A DNA stretch of 62,062 nucleotides, counting the filler. It is 6 parts of 6 records of this genome, joined end to end, with 100 filler letters (N's around TTAATTAATTAA, not from the genome) between each part and the next. Parts side by side here need not be neighbours in the genome. Positions count along the whole stretch, not along the records: positions 56,161 to 62,062 come from DRR723986_9287; 5 more parts are not named here. One strand, given 5' to 3'. How positions within the stretch are numbered: position 1 is the first letter of the stretch; every line of letters starts with the position of its first letter. This document shows, piece by piece, positions 58,055 to 62,062 of this stretch. The notes under the pieces were generated by a model. That model ran no database searches, was not told the DNA's origin, and was given only the letters and a program-made list of their open reading frames with translations. Both the position numbers and the translations under genes were made by a program.

Positions 58055-59494
58055 ATGACCGATATCACGCAGGACGCCGTCGCGGGTGCCGATCCGGGGG
58101 CCCATACGGCACTGGATCCCGTAACACCGGACGAGAAAAGCTGGGGCTGGTTCGCCATCTTCAACATCTGGGCCAACGACGTGCAGTCGCTGTTCGGCTA
58201 CTCTCTGGTCGCGTCGCTCTTCATTTCCTACGGCGTCAGCGGCTGGACCGCCTTCGCCGGGCTGATCGCGGCGGGCCTGTTCACCATGTGGATGGTCAAC
58301 CTGTCCGGCGCGCCGGGCGAGAAATACGGCATCCCCTACCCGGTGCTCGCCCGCGCCAGCCTTGGCACGCAAGGCGCCAAGCTGCCCGCCATCCTGCGCG
58401 CCACGGTCGCCGTCTTCTGGTACGGGGTGCAGGTCTATTTCGCCTCGACCGCACTGGCGCTGCTGATCCGCTCGCTGACCGGAGCGACCGGCGGCACCGA
58501 GATGCTGGGCCTTACCGGCATCGACTGGCTGTCCTTCGTGCTGGTCTGGGCCTTCCACATCGTCATCTTCTGGCGCGGCATGGACTGGGTGGAAACCTTC
58601 CTGAACATCGCCGGTCCCTTCGTCTATCTCGTGATGATCGGCCTCGTCGTCGTCCTGTGGCAGAAGTCGGATGGAGAGCTTCTGAACGCCACCGCCACGA
58701 TCTTTGCCAACCCCGAGGGCACCTTCCTGACCGAGTTCAACGGCTTCGTCGCCATCGTCGGCACCATGGTGGCCTATTTCGCCGCCGTGATGATCAACTT
58801 CTCGGACTTCTCGCGCTACGCGAAGGACAAGACCGCCATGAAGACCGGCAACCTCGCGGGCCTGCCCTTCAACATGATCCTCTTCTCGGCGCTGGCGCTG
58901 CTGACCACCGGCGGCGCGGCCGTCGTCTATGGCGAGGCGATCATCAACCCGACGGAGATCGTCGAGCGCACCGACAGCATCCTGCTGAGCATCATCGCCG
59001 CCGTCACCTTCTTCGCGGCGACCGTGGGCATCAACCTCGTGGCCAACTTCATCCCGGCGGTGAACGGCATCGCCAACCTGGCGCCGACCAAGATCAGCTT
59101 CCGCATGGGCGGGCTGATCACCTCGGTCTTCGCGCTGGTGATCGGCGGGCTGTGGACGAGCTTCATCAGCGCCTTCGGGATCGGTGGCTTCGTCAACACG
59201 CTGGGCGCCACGCTGGCCCCGATCTTCGGAATCATGATCGTGGACTACTACTGGCACCGCAAGGAACAGCTGAACCGCGCTGCGCTGTATGACCTGACCG
59301 GCGGCGCGTACCACTATGGCAACGGCTGGAACGCGCCTGCGGTCAAGGCCTTCGCCATCGCCGCCCTTTTCTCCATCGCGACCGTCTGGGTGCCCGCGCT
59401 GGCCTTCCTGAACGGCTACGCATGGGTGATCGGCGCGGTGCTGGGCGGCGTGCTTTACAACCTCTTCACCGGCGGCCGCGCGCCGTCGCATTGA
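58055..59494 (+). CDS. NCS1 family nucleobase/hydantoin:cation symporter
   Basis: About 12 TM; YGIPYPVLARASLG, FWYGVQ, NFSDFSRY, GINLVANF, PIFGIMIVDYY; AAGGGAG RBS. Confidence 0.9.
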   Translation: MTDITQDAVAGADPGAHTALDPVTPDEKSWGWFAIFNIWANDVQSLFGYSLVASLFISYGVSGWTAFAGLIAAGLFTMWMVNLSGAPGEKYGIPYPVLARASLGTQGAKLPAILRATVAVFWYGVQVYFASTALALLIRSLTGATGGTEMLGLTGIDWLSFVLVWAFHIVIFWRGMDWVETFLNIAGPFVYLVMIGLVVVLWQKSDGELLNATATIFANPEGTFLTEFNGFVAIVGTMVAYFAAVMINFSDFSRYAKDKTAMKTGNLAGLPFNMILFSALALLTTGGAAVVYGEAIINPTEIVERTDSILLSIIAAVTFFAATVGINLVANFIPAVNGIANLAPTKISFRMGGLITSVFALVIGGLWTSFISAFGIGGFVNTLGATLAPIFGIMIVDYYWHRKEQLNRAALYDLTGGAYHYGNGWNAPAVKAFAIAALFSIATVWVPALAFLNGYAWVIGAVLGGVLYNLFTGGRAPSH

Positions 59495-59500
59495 ACGACA

Positions 59501-59528
59501 CCGGGGCCGCCGGGAAGGGCGGCCCCGG
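59501..59528. repeat. GC-rich intergenic hairpin
   Basis: CCGGGGCCGCC-GGGAAG-GGCGGCCCCGG, 11-bp perfect stem. Confidence 0.6.
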
Positions 59529-59550
59529 CCTCGACACAAAGGATCCCCCC

Positions 59551-60516
59551 ATGCTGATCGTGCCCGAACGCGAGATCGCCGCCCTGATGACCCGTGATGC
59601 GGCCTTTGCCGCGGTCGAAAGTGTCTTTGCCGCCATGGCCGCCGGCGATGCGTACAACTTCCCCGTGGTGCGCGAGGCGATCGGGCATGAGGATGCGCTT
59701 TACGGCTTCAAGGGCGGCTTCGACCGCGCGGGCCTGACGCTGGGCCTGAAGGCGGGCGGCTACTGGCCCCACAACCTTGAAAAGCGCAAGGAAATCAACC
59801 ACCAGTCCACGGTCTTCCTGTTCGACCCGGACACCGGCAAGGCGCGCGCCATGGTGGGCGGCAACCTGTTGACCGCGCTCCGGACCGCCGCTGCCTCGTC
59901 TGTCTCGATCCGGCATCTGGCGCGCGAGGACGCCAAGGTCCTCGGCATGATCGGCGCGGGCCATCAGGCGCGCTTTCAACTGCGCGCCGCGCTGGAGCAG
60001 CGCCCCTTCGAGAAGGTCGTGGCGTGGAACCGCAGCCCCGAAAGGCTGCCGACCCTCGAGACGGTCGCGCAGGAGGCGGGCGTGCCCTTCGAGGCGGTCG
60101 ATCTGCCCGAAATGGCGCAGGCGGACGTGATCGTCACCATCACCTCGGCCTTTGCGCCCTCTCTCATGGCCGAGCACGTCAGTCCCGGCACGCACATCGC
60201 CTGCATGGGCACCGACACCAAGGGCAAGCAAGAGGTCGAGGCCGCGCTGCTGGCCCGCGCCACCGTCTTCACCGACGAAGTGGCGCAGTCCGTCAGCATC
60301 GGCGAGGCGCAGCACGCGGTGGCCAACGGCCTCTTGAAGCCCGAGCACATCGCCCAGCTTGGCGCGGTCATCAACGGCACCCATCCCGGGCGGCAGTCGG
60401 CGGAAGAGATCACGCTCTTCGACGGCACCGGAGTCGGGCTTCAGGACCTTGCCGTGGCGGCCTCGGTCGTCGCGCTTGCGGTCGAAAAGGGCGTCGCCCT
60501 CGAGGTGGACTTCTAA
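59551..60516 (+). CDS. bhcD: Iminosuccinate reductase (ornithine cyclodeaminase family)
   Basis: YNFPVVRE, YGFKGGFD, LGLKAGGYWP, NHQST, LTALRTAA, IGAGHQA, MGTDTKGKQE, FDGTGVGLQD. Confidence 0.88.
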   Translation: MLIVPEREIAALMTRDAAFAAVESVFAAMAAGDAYNFPVVREAIGHEDALYGFKGGFDRAGLTLGLKAGGYWPHNLEKRKEINHQSTVFLFDPDTGKARAMVGGNLLTALRTAAASSVSIRHLAREDAKVLGMIGAGHQARFQLRAALEQRPFEKVVAWNRSPERLPTLETVAQEAGVPFEAVDLPEMAQADVIVTITSAFAPSLMAEHVSPGTHIACMGTDTKGKQEVEAALLARATVFTDEVAQSVSIGEAQHAVANGLLKPEHIAQLGAVINGTHPGRQSAEEITLFDGTGVGLQDLAVAASVVALAVEKGVALEVDF

Positions 60517-60631
60517 CCGCCCCGCAAGCCTGTCATGACTGCGCCCGGGTGGCGGCGGAACCGTCGCGGCCCGTTTGCCCTTTGTCCCGGGCGTCGACCC
60601 CGCCCGCCTCCACAAGCCGGAGACCCTCGTC

Positions 60632-61636
60632 ATGACCCGCCCCGTCCGCATCGTCCTCAACGGCTTCGGCCGCATTGGCCGGACCCTGTTCCGCCAGATC
60701 GCCCGGGGCGACTCGGGCCTTCAGGTGGTCGGCATCAACGACATTGCCGCGCTGGACACCTGCGCCTACCTGCTGCGCTACGACAGCGTCTACGGCCCCT
60801 TCCCGGACCCCGTCACCCACGGTCCCGGCTGGCTCGAGGTGCAGGGCACGCGCATCCCCTTCACGCAGGAGCACGACCTGCGCGCGCTGGACCTGAGCGG
60901 CGTCGACGTGGTGCTGGAATGCACCGGGCGCGCGCAAAGCCGCGAGATCGCCGAGGCCGGGTTGCAGGCGGGCGCCGGGGCGGTGCTGATCTCCGGCCCC
61001 TCGCCCGCCGCCGACGTGACCGTCGTTCTGGGCGCGAACGACCACGACCTGCGCGACGCGCGCATCGTCTCCAACGCCTCCTGCACCACCAACGCCATCG
61101 CGCCTTTCCTGCGGACATTGGACGCGCGGCTGGGCATCGAGCGCGCGCATGTCACCACCATCCATTGCTACACCGGCAGCCAGCCGACGGTGGATGCGCC
61201 GGGTCCCTCGCCCGAACGCTCGCGCGCCGCTGCCGTGTCGATGATCCCCACCTCCACCAGCGCCGCCGGGCAGGTGGTCGGGGTGCTGCCAGAGTTCGAG
61301 GGCCGTCTGAGCATCGCCGCCGTTCGGGTGCCCTGCCTCTCTGTCTCGGCCATCGACGCGGTGATCCACACCCGCGAGGACATCGACCAGCCGGCGACGG
61401 ACTTCCTGCGCGAGGCTTTCGCCGGGTCGCGCCTCGTCGGTCTGACAGAGGACCCCTGCGTGTCCACCGACTTCCGCGCCCGGCCCGAATCGCTGCTGCT
61501 GGCGCTGCCGGAAACCATGACCAGCGGCGCGCGGCAGCTTCGCCTGCTGGGGTGGTACGACAACGAATGGGGCTTTTCCGCCCGGATGCTGGACATGACC
61601 CGGCGCATGGCCGCGCGGACGGACCCGCAGGCCTGA
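60632..61636 (+). CDS. gap: Type I glyceraldehyde-3-phosphate dehydrogenase family paralogue
   Basis: NGFGRIGR, ECTG, SNASCTTN, RSRAAAVSMIPTST, WYDNEWGFS. Confidence 0.85.
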   Translation: MTRPVRIVLNGFGRIGRTLFRQIARGDSGLQVVGINDIAALDTCAYLLRYDSVYGPFPDPVTHGPGWLEVQGTRIPFTQEHDLRALDLSGVDVVLECTGRAQSREIAEAGLQAGAGAVLISGPSPAADVTVVLGANDHDLRDARIVSNASCTTNAIAPFLRTLDARLGIERAHVTTIHCYTGSQPTVDAPGPSPERSRAAAVSMIPTSTSAAGQVVGVLPEFEGRLSIAAVRVPCLSVSAIDAVIHTREDIDQPATDFLREAFAGSRLVGLTEDPCVSTDFRARPESLLLALPETMTSGARQLRLLGWYDNEWGFSARMLDMTRRMAARTDPQA

Positions 61637-61681
61637 CGGCCGCACGCCGGGCGGATCGGCCCGACAGGCAGAGCGCCGGTC

Positions 61682-61703
61682 GAAGGCCCCGCGCGGGGCC
61701 TTC
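61682..61703. terminator. Hairpin between convergent gap and PiT genes
   Basis: GAAGGCCCC-GCGC-GGGGCCTTC. Confidence 0.55.
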
Positions 61704-61716
61704 CCCGTCCCGCGCG

Positions 61717-62062
61717 TCAGCCGACCTCGAGCACGCCGCGGATCACCGCGAAGATCGCCGCCGACAGCAGGGCCGCCGCCGGTACGGTGATGACCCATGC
61801 CGCAATGATGGTCATGAAATGCGACCGCCGCACCAGCTTGCGCCGACGCCGTTCCTCGGGGGCGAGGCGCATCTCGGTCGGGACGCCGGCATTGGCCTTG
61901 CGCATCCTGCGCTCTGCGTCCCACTCGCGGAAGAACCCGACGCCGAAGACGCCGCCCACCGCGATATGGGTCGAGCTGACCGGCAGACCCAGCCAGCTTG
62001 CCACGATCACCGTGATCGCCGCCGACAGGGCCACGCAATAGGCGCGCATCGGGTTCAGCTTG
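61717..62062 (-). CDS. Inorganic phosphate transporter (PiT family), C-terminal part
   Basis: ASWLGLPVSSTHIAVGGVFGVG, AAWVITVP. Confidence 0.9.
   Translation of the reverse strand, partial: KLNPMRAYCVALSAAITVIVASWLGLPVSSTHIAVGGVFGVGFFREWDAERRMRKANAGVPTEMRLAPEERRRRKLVRRSHFMTIIAAWVITVPAAALLSAAIFAVIRGVLEVG

Noticed and set aside
56717-59539. 940-aa minus-strand ORF
   Set aside because: It is the antisense shadow of bhcC and the NCS1 gene in high-GC DNA and has no recognisable motifs.
59455-62038. 406-aa and 501-aa minus-strand ORFs
   Set aside because: They are antisense or alternate-frame shadows of bhcD, gap and PiT.
60632-62062. gap + phosphate transporter as an ArsJ-type arsenate detoxification pair
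   Set aside because: The transporter is PiT family rather than the MFS ArsJ, the genes are convergent, and no ars genes are present.
1-62062. CRISPR arrays, rRNA, transposases, integrases, anti-phage defence genes
   Set aside because: No regularly spaced direct repeats or diagnostic motifs were seen by eye.

Overview
The window is not one locus. It is six unrelated contigs joined by artificial N-run/TTAATTAATTAA/N-run linkers. (1) 1-28170 is a Bacteroidota/Chlorobiota-like chromosome (T9SS C-terminal domains, TAnnTTTG promoter; Ignavibacteria/Kapabacteria-like by inference). It holds housekeeping genes (panD, GlmU-N, mce, gpmA, lpxB-lpxJ-lpxK, glmM, dprA, fni, polyprenyl synthase, HPr/EI), a signal-peptide-bearing TldD/TldE pair, two tandem T9SS subtilases and a truncated tRNA-Cys. 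(2) 28271-34383 is a gammaproteobacterial (Marinobacter-like) envelope operon: two OM beta-barrels, TlpA, DUF4266, DUF3570, an exported protein and TPR proteins. (3) 34484-40994 is a Rhodobacteraceae-type VirB T4SS. (4) 41095-50838 is Rhodobacteraceae chromosome (groEL end, phnM, purEK, Hsp20 with RpoH promoter and ROSE-like hairpin, Hint protein). (5) 50939-56060 has amine-catabolism genes and a TetR/cupin cassette. (6) 56161-62062 has beta-hydroxyaspartate cycle genes bhcB-bhcC-bhcD interrupted by an NCS1 transporter, then a gap paralogue and a PiT transporter end. The most striking observation is that the T4SS lytic transglycosylase aligns without gaps at both ends to the neighbouring VirB5. 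It looks like a VirB5 pilus-tip paralogue with an SLT domain inserted. All calls come from reading motifs by eye; no database searches were run.
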